From an uncultured Holophagales bacterium (lineage in GTDB: Bacteria; Acidobacteriota; Thermoanaerobaculia; Multivoradales; UBA5704), in assembly GCA_963842525.1 (NCBI GenBank), contig CAWJGT010000031.1:1-64000 (forward strand): a stretch of DNA of 64,000 nt, read 5' to 3'. Positions 27,692 to 37,667 of this stretch are shown one piece after another. Made by a program: the position numbers and the translations under genes. The notes under the pieces are model-generated. The model had not been told where the DNA came from and ran no database searches. It saw only the letters and a list, made by a program, of their open reading frames with translations. How positions within the stretch are numbered: position 1 is the first letter of the stretch; every line of letters starts with the position of its first letter.

Positions 27692-28807
27692 ATGCTCAGG
27701 AAATACATGGGATCGGCGGCTCTGACGCTGGCCCTGGCTCTGGTCCTGGCGCCCGCGCTGGCCGCCCAGGAGCAGCCGCCGCAGGGGCAGTTCGAGGGGC
27801 AGATCGACGTCAACGAGGTCCTGCTCGACGTCCTGGTCACGGACCGCAACGGCAACGTGATCGTCGGCCTCGGGCCGGGCGACTTCGTGGTCACCGAGGA
27901 CGGCAAGCCGGTGGACATCACCGGGGTGACCTTCTACAGCAACCGGCGGCTCCTCGAGTCGCCCAACGTGATCAAGAACCGGGCCGGCAACATCGACCGG
28001 GTCCCGGAGGACCGCTTCTTCGTCCTCTTCTTCGACGACCAGAAGAGCGCGGCCATGGAGGCTCCGGAGCTCCTCTCGAGCCAGATGGACGCCGTGCAGC
28101 GCACCCGCGACTGGATCCGCAAGGAGCTGCTGCCCAACGACTGGGTGGCGGTGGTCAGCTACGACTCCAAGCTCAAGGTGCAGCAGGACTTCAGCCGCGA
28201 CCGCAAGGCCCTCGTCGACGCCGTCAACGACGCGATGAAGGGGAAGGACCGCGAAGGCAACTGGCCGTCGCGGATCAAGGCCGACGACGGCAGCGCCCCG
28301 TCGCTGTTCGCGGGCCTGCCGCGCGGCAAGGAGCTGCGGGACAAGACCACCTCGGTCTACGACGCGCTGCGCGTCCTCGCCGATGCGGCCGGCGACGTGC
28401 GGGGCCGCAAGAACCTGCTGCTCTTCGGCAACGGCCTCCCGGGACGGATCAACACGTTCGGCCAGGCCCAACCGGACCCCCGGTACTATTCGGACATGGT
28501 CCACGCGCTCAACGACAACAACGTGGCGGTCTACCCGATCGACCTGACGCCGGCGGGTGGGCAGCACACGCTGAGCGACTCGATGAACCTGCTCGCCAGC
28601 GACACGGGCGGCCGGTACTTCTTCAATTTCACCAACTTCTCGACCCCGCTCGCGCAGGTGGCCCAGGAGAACAGCGGCTACTACCTGCTCAGCTTCACCG
28701 CCGAAAAGCCGGCCGGCCAGAGCGGGTTCCAGGAGGTGCAGGTGAAGACCAACAACCCCGAGTTCCGGGTGCGTGCCCGCAAGGGGTACGAGTACGGTTC
28801 GTCGTAG
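27692..28807 (+). CDS. VWA-domain secreted protein (Acidobacterial VWFA-related)
   Basis: Signal peptide, DVLVTDRNG..GL...DF.V.EDG, GRKNLLLF, LASDTGG, YYLLSF, VRARKGY. Confidence 0.8.
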   Translation: MLRKYMGSAALTLALALVLAPALAAQEQPPQGQFEGQIDVNEVLLDVLVTDRNGNVIVGLGPGDFVVTEDGKPVDITGVTFYSNRRLLESPNVIKNRAGNIDRVPEDRFFVLFFDDQKSAAMEAPELLSSQMDAVQRTRDWIRKELLPNDWVAVVSYDSKLKVQQDFSRDRKALVDAVNDAMKGKDREGNWPSRIKADDGSAPSLFAGLPRGKELRDKTTSVYDALRVLADAAGDVRGRKNLLLFGNGLPGRINTFGQAQPDPRYYSDMVHALNDNNVAVYPIDLTPAGGQHTLSDSMNLLASDTGGRYFFNFTNFSTPLAQVAQENSGYYLLSFTAEKPAGQSGFQEVQVKTNNPEFRVRARKGYEYGSS

Positions 28808-28903
28808 ACGGTCCTAACCGCCCCGATCTCGGCTAGAATCGGGGGCCTCGCTTTCCGGGGCCCCCGGCCTCTGCAAATCTTTGTCCTCGACGGAGGAGTC
28901 TGG

Positions 28904-29887
28904 ATGCTTCGCATGCTCCGAGCGGCTGTCTGCGCTCTCCTGATGGTCTCGGCCCTGGCGCCGGCAGCCCTGGCGCAACTGCCGCAAGAGACCGAAGACC
29001 TTCAGGACCCTCAGGACATTCAGGTCGAGGACCTTCTCGACGCGCAGAACCGCCGGGACATCCAGGTCGAGGACATCCTGGATCCAGAAACCCCGGCCGA
29101 AGCGCCTGTCGCCGTGACCCTCCAGGCCTCGGAGCTTTCGCAGCGCGCCTTCGTCCTGGTGTTCGACTACCCGGTGGGCGGCCTCCGGCAGGAAGAGGAG
29201 GTCACCGCCGCCGTGGAGTCCTGGATCTCGTCGAAGCTGCAACCGGCCGATCTCGTGGCCGTCGCCAGCTACTACGGCTCGGAGCTGCAGATCCAGCAGG
29301 ACTTCACGACCGAGCGTGGCATCCTCGCGGTCGCGGTCGCAGATGCCGTCAAGGGGCGGCCCCGCGAGAGCGCGCAAGCCTCTCCGGGCACCCCGTCCCT
29401 GCTGTCCAGATTCCCCCAGGGGGAGGAGCTGCGCCTGCGCACCACGAGCTTCTACGGCGTGCTGCAGGTCCTGGCCGAAGCCTCGGACGGGGTGGCCGGC
29501 CGCAAGGACCTCCTGGTCTTTTCGAAGGGGTTCGGAAGGAGCCGCGCCTCCGATGAGATGGTGGCCGCGCCGGACCTCGGGCTCGCCGAAAAATACGTCT
29601 CCGACCGCGATCTCTACGAGCCGACGCTCCAGGCTCTGAAGCTCCACGAGGTCGCCTTGTACCCCGTGGACCTGGCAACCGACTATCGCGAGACCTATCC
29701 TCTCGCCGGAGTGATGAGCCAACTCGCCGCGGATTCCGGCGGGCGGTACCTGTACCCGGCGGACGACCTGCCCAAGCTCTTCTCCCGCATCCTCGAAGAC
29801 GGTCCGCGGCCCCAGAAGCCCGCCGAAGACCAGAGAGCGGCCGGCGCGGCCGGCCGGCGCGACGCCTCGAAATCCGGGGACGAGTAG
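28904..29887 (+). CDS. VWA-domain secreted protein, paralog of the upstream gene
   Basis: Signal peptide; shares VAV.SY..L..QQDF, GRK.LL.F, YP.DL and LA.D.GGRY with the neighbour. Confidence 0.75.
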   Translation: MLRMLRAAVCALLMVSALAPAALAQLPQETEDLQDPQDIQVEDLLDAQNRRDIQVEDILDPETPAEAPVAVTLQASELSQRAFVLVFDYPVGGLRQEEEVTAAVESWISSKLQPADLVAVASYYGSELQIQQDFTTERGILAVAVADAVKGRPRESAQASPGTPSLLSRFPQGEELRLRTTSFYGVLQVLAEASDGVAGRKDLLVFSKGFGRSRASDEMVAAPDLGLAEKYVSDRDLYEPTLQALKLHEVALYPVDLATDYRETYPLAGVMSQLAADSGGRYLYPADDLPKLFSRILEDGPRPQKPAEDQRAAGAAGRRDASKSGDE

Positions 29888-29889
29888 GA

Positions 29890-30082
29890 CCTCACCCCCT
29901 GTCCCCCTCTCCCATCGCCCCCCCGCCGACCGGGAGAGGGGGGACGTAGCTGAAGCTTGGAGGCGAGGTCGAGAGAGAGCCTCCTGAGAAGAGACCGCCA
30001 GCTATTGCCTTCAGAGCATCAACTACGTTCCCCCTCTCCCGGCGGAAGGGGGGGCGATGGGAGAGGGGGCTAGGGGGTGAGG
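29890..30082. repeat. Inverted pair of REP-like repeats (REPIN-like) between convergent genes
   Basis: Forward copy 29890-29952, reverse copy 30021-30082. Confidence 0.75.
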
Positions 30083-31179
30083 ACCGACCGCACCAGCCGC
30101 CGGCGGAGCCCATGGTAGGGCTGGCGGCAAGCCAGGAGGTCGGTCAAGACCCGCCGGACGCCCGGATGGGCGCGCGCCACCGGCACCATCCACTGACCGA
30201 TCGGATCGTCGAAGAAGAGCGCGCGGGCCCGGCCCGCCTTGGAGAGGTCCTCGGCGAGCTCGGCCTCCAACCGCTCCGGGTAGGCCTCGGGGCTCCCGGC
30301 AAGCAGGGCTTCGGCCGCCCATAGGCCGGAGAGCATGCCGTAGCGGATTCCCTCGCGCGTCAAGGGATCGGCCAGTGCCGCGGCATCGCCCGCGAGCAGG
30401 ACCCTCCGGGCGCAACCCTGGCGAATGCTCTCCAGGGTCCAGGGACCGAAGACCGGGATCGGATAGCGGTAGCGCGGCCCCGGCAGGTCCCGCCAGCCTG
30501 TAGGGAGCCAGCGGTCGAGGAACCCATCCAGCGCCGACCGGGCTGCCCCGTTCGAGAGGCGCTCGGGCGTCCAGGCGATGCCGACCGAGGCGCCGCCGGG
30601 CCGCGGGAAGATCCAGCAGTAGGCATCGGCCAGATCCGGAAAGGAAAGCACAAGCCGGTCCCAGGCGAGGCCGGAGAGCGAGCCCCCGAGGCCCACGCTG
30701 TCGCCCTGGGGCGTCAGGCCCAGGCTCCGCCGGCTGATGCCGCGAGCGCCGTCCGCCCCGACGATCCAGTCATAGGAACGCTCTTGACCGCCGGAGGCGA
30801 TCCGAACCGCCTCCCCCTCAACATTGTCCAGATCGACCCGCTCCACCTTGCCGGAGCACCGCCGCGCTCCCGCGGCCACCGCGGCCTCGGCGAGGGCGCC
30901 GTCGAGATCGGCCCGGCGGAAGATGCGGATGCCGTCGAGCGGGATCTCCAGGGTGGCGCCGGACGCGTTTTCCAGAACGGCTCGGGGGCTGGCCACCGCC
31001 GCCAGGAGTGAGGGATCGAAGCCGGCCAGGCGCGGCAGCACGTGCTCGGGCACGGCGCCGCCGCACGGCTTCTCGCCGGGCCGGGCGGGGAGGTAGAGGT
31101 CGACCGCGGCACCCCCGCGGGCCAGGGCCAGCGCTGCTGATCCCCCGGCCGGGCCACCTCCGAGGACGGCGATCCGCAT
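30070..31179 (-). CDS. Geranylgeranyl-reductase-family FAD oxidoreductase
   Basis: GGGPAG, KPCGG, GADG, YCWIFP, GDAAALADPLTREGI. Confidence 0.85.
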   Translation of the reverse strand: MRIAVLGGGPAGGSAALALARGGAAVDLYLPARPGEKPCGGAVPEHVLPRLAGFDPSLLAAVASPRAVLENASGATLEIPLDGIRIFRRADLDGALAEAAVAAGARRCSGKVERVDLDNVEGEAVRIASGGQERSYDWIVGADGARGISRRSLGLTPQGDSVGLGGSLSGLAWDRLVLSFPDLADAYCWIFPRPGGASVGIAWTPERLSNGAARSALDGFLDRWLPTGWRDLPGPRYRYPIPVFGPWTLESIRQGCARRVLLAGDAAALADPLTREGIRYGMLSGLWAAEALLAGSPEAYPERLEAELAEDLSKAGRARALFFDDPIGQWMVPVARAHPGVRRVLTDLLACRQPYHGLRRRLVRSVLTP

Positions 31180-31196
31180 CGATGGGGAAGCTCCTC

Positions 31197-31994
31197 CTAC
31201 GCGACCTCCTCCTCGTCGTCCTCGTCCTCTTCTTCGCCTTCGATGGCCAGCAGCACCACGGTCACGTTGTCGATCCCGCCGCGGGCGTTCGAGTCGTTGA
31301 CCAGGCGGCGGCAGATCTCGTGAAGGCTGGAACCGGAGGCGAGGCGGTCGCGGATGTCCCCGTCGGAGAGCATGCCGGTCAGGCCGTCCGAGCAGAGGAG
31401 GAAGATGTCGCCCGGGAGCACCTCGATCTCGCGGACGTCCACCAGGACGTCGCTCTCGCCGCCGAGGGCGCGGGTGACCACGTTCTTCAAGGGATGGGAG
31501 CGGGCCTGCTCCTTGGAGAGGAAGCCGGCGACGACCTGCTCGTTGACCCAGGTGTGGTCCTGCGTGAGCTGGTCGAGCTTGCCCTTGCGCAACCGGTAGG
31601 CGCGGCTGTCGCCGACGTGGGCCACCGCGGCCACGCTGCCGGCGAGCAGGATGCCCACCACGGTGGTGCCCATGCCATAGAGCGAGCCGTCCCGGCTGAT
31701 GGCGCGCAGGACGTGGTCGTGGGCGATGCGCACCGACATCTTGAGGAGGTTCGTGTGGCGCTCCAGGCGGGAGTCCATCCCGAACGGCCAGGTGGTGTCC
31801 TTGTCGGCCGTCTTGTGGATGAAGTCGCGGATGGCGTTGACGGCGATCTGGGCGGCGACCTCACCATGGCTGTGCCCGCCCATCCCGTCCGCCACGATGT
31901 ACAGCTTGTGCTCCGGGTCGATCTCGAAATAGTCCTCGTTGTGGACCCGGGTCAGCCCGACATCGGAAAGCCCGCAGGCCTTGATGCGCAGCAT
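31197..31994 (-). CDS. PP2C-family Ser/Thr phosphatase (Stp1/PrpC-like)
   Basis: R.HNED, VADGMGG, HVGDSR, LCSDGL, GGIDNVT. Confidence 0.92.
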   Translation of the reverse strand: MLRIKACGLSDVGLTRVHNEDYFEIDPEHKLYIVADGMGGHSHGEVAAQIAVNAIRDFIHKTADKDTTWPFGMDSRLERHTNLLKMSVRIAHDHVLRAISRDGSLYGMGTTVVGILLAGSVAAVAHVGDSRAYRLRKGKLDQLTQDHTWVNEQVVAGFLSKEQARSHPLKNVVTRALGGESDVLVDVREIEVLPGDIFLLCSDGLTGMLSDGDIRDRLASGSSLHEICRRLVNDSNARGGIDNVTVVLLAIEGEEEDEDDEEEVA

Positions 31995-31998
31995 GGTT

Positions 31999-32628
31999 TC
32001 AAGCCTTTCCGAACAGGCCGCCCCGCCGCGGAGGGGCCTTGGTCAGCTCGTCCAGAGCCCGCTGGACGGTCGGATCTTCCTCCCCCCACTGGAGCGCCTT
32101 GCGATAGTGCATGACCGCGCGATCGGTCTGGCCCGCCATCTGGCAGATGCGTCCGGCTTGCTTGCGGAAGGCCGGGTTCATCGGCTCGAGCTCGCAGGCG
32201 CGCTCGATCGCCGGCACCGCCCGCGGCAACCAGTTGGCCTGCTGGGCGCAGGCGAGCGCCAGGTGATGCCAGGACTGCGAGCTGTTGGGATCGGCCTTGG
32301 TCGCGCGGTCGAAGTTGTCGGCGGCTTCCAGGTAGTTCTTCTCCTTGTAGGCCTTGACTCCGCGCTGCAGGTACGCGCGCGAGGCCTGCCGCGGGTCCGA
32401 ATCGGCGGGCCGCTGCAGGTCGTTGTCATACTGGCGCCGCCGCTCGGTGTCGGAAAGGACGTTGAAGGCCTGGGTGATCGCCTGAAACTCACGCTCCGCG
32501 GACTCCTTTTCCTCGCCCTGGAAGCGATCCGGATGGCGCACCCGGGCCAACTCCCGGAAGCGCTGCCGGATCTGTTCCTCGGTGGCGTTGCGCGGCACCG
32601 CGAGGACGGCGTAGAAATCCGTGGCCAT
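31999..32628 (-). CDS. J-domain plus TPR protein
   Basis: DFYAVLAV...RHPDRF...AFNVLSD followed by TPR-like helices. Confidence 0.85.
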   Translation of the reverse strand: MATDFYAVLAVPRNATEEQIRQRFRELARVRHPDRFQGEEKESAEREFQAITQAFNVLSDTERRRQYDNDLQRPADSDPRQASRAYLQRGVKAYKEKNYLEAADNFDRATKADPNSSQSWHHLALACAQQANWLPRAVPAIERACELEPMNPAFRKQAGRICQMAGQTDRAVMHYRKALQWGEEDPTVQRALDELTKAPPRRGGLFGKA

Positions 32629-32642
32629 GTCCGCGTCCTGTC

Positions 32643-33665
32643 CTATTGCTGCTTAATTCTATACAAACGCAGGGCCGTCGAGCGCACGGCGTCGGGCACG
32701 TTCTTGTCGCGGCCCAAGTCGCGCAGGTCGCGCACTCCCAGGCGGGGGATGAGGCGGATGGCGATCGGCAGGGGCGTCCGGGGGTTGGACACCAGGCACT
32801 TGGCGACGTTGTAGCGGGAGACCCAGTCGCGCTTCTTGGCGATGGCCTCCAGGATCTCCTCGGCCACGGCGCGGCTGGCGGCCGTGTGCTCCACCTCCTG
32901 GTCGGAGAGGTTGTTGCCGAGCAGGGCCGACAGGGCCACCTGGATATTGCTGTCCCGCAACAGGATGCCGCGCATCACCCGGCTCGCGCCGCGGGCGAGC
33001 TTCAGGCGGACGGGGATGGGCAGCAGGCGGATCTGCCCTTCGGAGAGCCCGGTCTGGGTCTCGACCTCGCCCTCGGCAGGGAGCGCTTTGACCGCCGCCA
33101 CGGCGATGGCGACCTCGTGGTCCGCGGCTTCGACGACCGGTCCGCCGGCGGGCACTGAGCCTTCCGGACGCCTCTCCCGCGGCAGGAGGTGCTCCCGGTA
33201 CTCGGCGATCCGCCGCTGGATGTAGCTCGAGCGCAGAGGGTTGGCCTCCAGCGCCGCGAGGATGTCCGGCTCCTCCAGGATCGCGTCCTGGCGGAGGATG
33301 AGGATCTCCTGGAGGTCCGGCGGGATGCGGCGCGCTAAGTCGACCAGCAGGCGGCGCGGCACGTCCCGGCGCCGCAGAATGGTCTCGATCACCCGCGGAT
33401 GGCTGCTCTCGGAGGCGAAGAAGGCCAGCACGTCCGCGCTCGCCGCCTCCTCCAGAAAAGGGGTGGCGATCCGCGGGTCGACCGCGCGCAGGGCCTCGGC
33501 GGCGCGGCTTGCCAGCTCGGCGTCGCGTCCACGGGCGAAGCCGACCTGGAGGGGGATGAGCTCCTCGGGCGAGAGCGGCAGGAGGCCACCGGCCGCCATG
33601 ACCTGAAGCTGGCGGTTCGACCCCGACCGGACCTGCTCGAGCAGGGAGGCCTGGCTGTCGGCCAC
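32643..33665 (-). CDS. Conserved helical-repeat hypothetical protein
   Basis: Operonic position, typical codon usage, LVSNPRTP leucine-rich-variant-like motif. Confidence 0.75.
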   Translation of the reverse strand: MADSQASLLEQVRSGSNRQLQVMAAGGLLPLSPEELIPLQVGFARGRDAELASRAAEALRAVDPRIATPFLEEAASADVLAFFASESSHPRVIETILRRRDVPRRLLVDLARRIPPDLQEILILRQDAILEEPDILAALEANPLRSSYIQRRIAEYREHLLPRERRPEGSVPAGGPVVEAADHEVAIAVAAVKALPAEGEVETQTGLSEGQIRLLPIPVRLKLARGASRVMRGILLRDSNIQVALSALLGNNLSDQEVEHTAASRAVAEEILEAIAKKRDWVSRYNVAKCLVSNPRTPLPIAIRLIPRLGVRDLRDLGRDKNVPDAVRSTALRLYRIKQQ

Positions 33666-33667
33666 GG

Positions 33668-34597
33668 TCAGCGGGCCTCTCTCTTCTCTCTCAGCGTGCG
33701 GACGGTGTCGAGGTCGATCCGCAGATCGCTCACCACATCACCCGGCGCCTTGTTGAGCTCCAGGGGATACCCGTTCACCTGGATGTCGACCGCGCCGGCG
33801 TTACCGAGCTTCAGGAAGACGATGCTCTCCCGCGCTTCGAGCTGGAGCGACTCGCCCTGCTCCCGCAGCTCCGAGATCCGGGTCTTGTTGTCGTCGTCTT
33901 TCACCACATCGACCCAGCAGCTCCCGCTGAAATCGAGAGTGACTTCGAGCGGCGCCTTGGGAGGCTCAGGAGGAGGAGGCGGGATGACTGAAGGCGTCGC
34001 CGCCCCGGGCGGAACCGCCATGGGCGGCGGGGCCTGCTGCCGCGCGGGATCGTCCCGGCGCTTCTCGCTGAAGTAGGAGAAGACCGCCACCAGGGCCAGC
34101 AGGAGGGCGCCGGCGAGGAGCAGGAACAGCCCCCACGTCCAGTTAGGGCGTCGCGACTTGTCGCGGCGCCGCAGCTCGTGCTTGGTCTCCTCCATCTCCT
34201 CGGGCTGTTGCACCGAGAGCCAGTGGTTGACGACCTCGTCGGGCGAGAGGCCCACATAGCGCGCGTACTCGCGCAGAAACCCCTTGGCGAAGATGGGGGC
34301 CGGGAGGAGGTCGAACCGGTCGTCCTCCATGGCCTGCAGATAGCGCAGGCTGATCTTGGTGCGGTCCGCGATGTCGCGCAGGCTGATCTCGCGCATCTCG
34401 CGCTGGCGGCGCAGCCAGGACCCGAACGAGCCGGTGCCCGGCTCGCTGCTCTTGTCCCACGGCGGCTGCCGGCCCCCCGGCCGGGCCGCACCGATTCCGT
34501 CCGCCACAGCGCCGGGGCGCAGCTCGACGTGGGTGGCGTCGTCGTCTGGTATGCGTCGGGAAGACACTCTCTGGCGCCTGGAAACGTTTTTCGGCAC
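33668..34597 (-). CDS. RodZ-like HTH-TM-periplasmic domain protein
   Basis: GSWLRRQRE..ISL.DIA..TKI...YL.A.E, FAKGFLREYA, TM helix, LGNAGAV; true start uncertain. Confidence 0.8.
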   Translation of the reverse strand: MPKNVSRRQRVSSRRIPDDDATHVELRPGAVADGIGAARPGGRQPPWDKSSEPGTGSFGSWLRRQREMREISLRDIADRTKISLRYLQAMEDDRFDLLPAPIFAKGFLREYARYVGLSPDEVVNHWLSVQQPEEMEETKHELRRRDKSRRPNWTWGLFLLLAGALLLALVAVFSYFSEKRRDDPARQQAPPPMAVPPGAATPSVIPPPPPEPPKAPLEVTLDFSGSCWVDVVKDDDNKTRISELREQGESLQLEARESIVFLKLGNAGAVDIQVNGYPLELNKAPGDVVSDLRIDLDTVRTLREKREAR

Positions 34598-34660
34598 TGC
34601 GGCTTAACTCTAAGCGGCGTTCCCGTCCCGGGTCAACAAACCCCGGAAACACCGCTTCCA

Positions 34661-35434
34661 TCAACCTGCTTCTCCCAGCAAGACTCGCGCCCGCAGCCGT
34701 AGCGGCTCGGCAAGACGAGGGTCCTGGGCCACGGCGCGCAGCTCCGGCTTGCGCAGCAGGGGCAGGATGCGGAGGACCGCGGCGAGCGGCGTGCCAGGGT
34801 TGCGGCAGAGCGCCACCTGCAGCCCGTAGCGCACACCCCAGCGGCGGTCTGCGGCGATCAGGGCCAGGACCGGCCCCGGCGTGGCCGGGCCATGAACCAC
34901 GGGGAAGAGCAGATCCTCGGTCAGCCGCGAATTGTCGAGCAGCGCCGCGATCACCCGCGGGCTCGGATCGTGGCGGAGCTGCGCGATCACCCCCGGGCTG
35001 GCGCGGCGGGCGATCGTCACCTTCTCCCCCACGGCCATCTCCGGCAGCCGCATGGCCAGGTGCAGGTCGGCCGCTCGCCGCACCCGCGGGCGGACCCTGG
35101 GGTCGAGGCCCAGGGCGGACAGGTCGCGCCAGAAGAGCCCGGGGACGAAGCGCAAGGCCAGCGCCTCGGGCGTCCGCGGGTGAACCGCCAGGTCGCGCCG
35201 CACCTCGTAGAAGGAGAGAAGCCGGGTCTGCGCCGCCAGGATCTCGATCACCTCGGCTGCGCAAAAGGCGTTGCGCAATACCTGCCGCACCCCCGCCGGC
35301 TCGATCTCGCCGGCGTGCTCGCGCACCAGGGCGAGCAGCTCCTCGCCCCCCGCTTCGCGCAGGCGCCGCTCGATCTCCGTCCCCGGCACGGGCCCGGGCT
35401 CTTCCTCGGGAACGGCGGCGGGCTGCTCATGCAT
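34661..35434 (-). CDS. Helical-repeat (LRV-like) hypothetical protein
   Basis: Repeated HPRTP/NPGTP motifs; TAAGCT 6 nt before the ATG. Confidence 0.72.
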   Translation of the reverse strand: MHEQPAAVPEEEPGPVPGTEIERRLREAGGEELLALVREHAGEIEPAGVRQVLRNAFCAAEVIEILAAQTRLLSFYEVRRDLAVHPRTPEALALRFVPGLFWRDLSALGLDPRVRPRVRRAADLHLAMRLPEMAVGEKVTIARRASPGVIAQLRHDPSPRVIAALLDNSRLTEDLLFPVVHGPATPGPVLALIAADRRWGVRYGLQVALCRNPGTPLAAVLRILPLLRKPELRAVAQDPRLAEPLRLRARVLLGEAG

Positions 35435-35485
35435 GGCCCTAGCTTACAGAATCCGGTAGATCTGGTATCTTCTTCCTCCTCCGCT

Positions 35486-37549
35486 ATGGCGATCTCTAAA
35501 GACACGCAGAACCAACTGACCAAAGGCGACTTCACCGCGATCGAGGGGGACTGGCTGACCCACCTCGAACAGGACCCGGCCGACCTCGACTATTTCATCG
35601 GGGTGGCCCGCGCCCTCGTCGGCAACGGCCAGGAGGGGCGCGCCCGCGACCTGCTGGAGATGCTCGACGAGCAGCTCCGTGACAGCGGGCAGTGGGACGT
35701 GCGCCTGAAGCTGCTGAAGCGGGCGGGCAACCTGTACATCGCCGCCGACAAGATCCATCCGACCATCGTCTCCTCCCTCGGCAAGATCTACAACACGCGC
35801 GCGACCTACAAAGGGCTCTTCGAAGCGGTGGGCCTCCACCGCGCGCCGCAGGACATTCCCAAGACCTGGGAAAAGGTGGACCGGCTGGAGACCCTCCTCT
35901 CCTTCGACGTGGGCACCGTGGTGGCCATGGAGGGCAAGGGCGTGGGGCGGGTCGTGGACGCAAACCTGGGCCTGGAGAGCTTCAAGGTCGACTTCGAGCG
36001 CCACAAGGGCCTGATGGTGGGGTTCAAGGCGGCTCCCAAGCTGCTCCAGCCGCTGGCCCCGGGGCACGTGCTGCGGCGCAAGATCGAGGACCCCGCCGGC
36101 GTCAAGGCGCTGCCGCCGCCGGAGCTGCTGCAGGCCGTCCTCCAGAGCTACGACCGGCCGCTCACCGCCGGCGAGATCCGCGACGTCCTCCACGGCGTGG
36201 TCTCCGAGGCCCAGTGGACCTCCTGGTGGTCCGCGGCGCGCAAGCATCCGCAGGTGGTGACGAGCGGCGGCGGGCGCCAGACCTACCGCTGGGCCGACAC
36301 CGGCGCCGACGCCCTGGACTCGGTCTGGAAAGGCTTCGACCGGGCCGATCCGCGCAGCAAGATGGACCGCCTGCGGCGCGAAGGCGCGCGCGACCCGAAG
36401 CTGCGCGAGAGGATGGCGCGCGAGCTCGCCGGCATCGCCGAGGAGAAGATGGACGACGATCCCGGCCTGTCGTTCGAGATCTGGTTCGCCCTCGAGCGCA
36501 GCGGCGGCGCCCCCGAGGGGGTCGACTGGAGCCCGGACGCCCTGCTGGCCGAACAGCCCGGACGGGTCTTCTCGGGCATCGAGGACCGGCTGCTGCGCGA
36601 GCGGGCCTACCTCATGGCGCGGGAGCGACGGGACGACTGGCCCAACCTCTACCGCGAGGCCATGACGCGGGAGAACGATCCGCGCGCCCTGGAGATCCTC
36701 GCCGACGGCCTCGCCCAGGGGGCTCCGCGCGAGCTCGAGCGGATCCTCGACGCCCTCCTGGCCCAACCTCACCGCGGGCCCGCGGCCTTCACCTGGCTCG
36801 CCGAGCGGGCCGCGACGGACGAGCGCCTCCGCGCCCGCAACCCGCTGCGCCTGCTGCAGCAGATCCTGACGATGATGTCGCGCGACGAGTTCGCGCCCTT
36901 CCGCCTGCGCCTCCAGGCGCTGGCCGAGTCGGGCCAGACCTTGCCGCGCCTGCTGGCCCTCCTCACCGAGGACCAGGCGGCCCAGGCCGAGGAGGCGGTG
37001 CATCGGGTCCCCACGCTGGAGCCCTACCAGCGGGAGCAACTGACCAACGCCATCCACCTGCGCTTCGCCGGGCTGCGCAAGGAGACCGGACCGGCGACGC
37101 TCTACGCCACGCTCGAGTCGATCGAGGCCAAGCGCGCCGAGCTGCAGCAGATCCTCTCGGTGGAGATTCCGGCCAACCGCAAGGCCATCGAAGAGGCGCG
37201 CGCCATGGGCGACCTGCGGGAAAACTTCGAGTACAAGTCGGCCCGCCAGCGGCACGAATACCTGAACGCGCGGGCCTCTGCCCTCAACGCGGACTTGAAC
37301 CGCACCCGGCCGATCGACACCACGGGCATGAACACCTCGGAGGTGCGGATCGGCACGCGGGTCCAGCTCCAGGGCACCGGCGGCCGGCGGACGATCACCA
37401 TCCTCGGCCCCTGGGAGAGCAAGCCCGAGGAGGACGTGATCTCCTACGAGTCGGAGCTCGCCCAGGAGCTCCTCGGCAAGGCCGTCGGCGCCAGCATCGA
37501 CATCAGCGGCGAAAGCTGGACGATCGAAAAGATCGAGCCGTACCGGTAG
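35486..37549 (+). CDS. Long GreA/GreB-family protein with large N-terminal extension
   Basis: C-terminal AIEEARAMGDLRENFEY, V.IGT.V, ILGPWES, ISYES.LA..LLGK. Confidence 0.85.
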   Translation: MAISKDTQNQLTKGDFTAIEGDWLTHLEQDPADLDYFIGVARALVGNGQEGRARDLLEMLDEQLRDSGQWDVRLKLLKRAGNLYIAADKIHPTIVSSLGKIYNTRATYKGLFEAVGLHRAPQDIPKTWEKVDRLETLLSFDVGTVVAMEGKGVGRVVDANLGLESFKVDFERHKGLMVGFKAAPKLLQPLAPGHVLRRKIEDPAGVKALPPPELLQAVLQSYDRPLTAGEIRDVLHGVVSEAQWTSWWSAARKHPQVVTSGGGRQTYRWADTGADALDSVWKGFDRADPRSKMDRLRREGARDPKLRERMARELAGIAEEKMDDDPGLSFEIWFALERSGGAPEGVDWSPDALLAEQPGRVFSGIEDRLLRERAYLMARERRDDWPNLYREAMTRENDPRALEILADGLAQGAPRELERILDALLAQPHRGPAAFTWLAERAATDERLRARNPLRLLQQILTMMSRDEFAPFRLRLQALAESGQTLPRLLALLTEDQAAQAEEAVHRVPTLEPYQREQLTNAIHLRFAGLRKETGPATLYATLESIEAKRAELQQILSVEIPANRKAIEEARAMGDLRENFEYKSARQRHEYLNARASALNADLNRTRPIDTTGMNTSEVRIGTRVQLQGTGGRRTITILGPWESKPEEDVISYESELAQELLGKAVGASIDISGESWTIEKIEPYR

Positions 37550-37667
37550 GGCTCACTACTGCCGCGTCCGGTCGGAGGCCAGATCCATCCTTACGGCTCG
37601 GCCAGTCGGACAGGAGATCCGTCCAGTCGAGCGACTCACGGCCTGTTCTTCGCCGGGGATTGATCGC

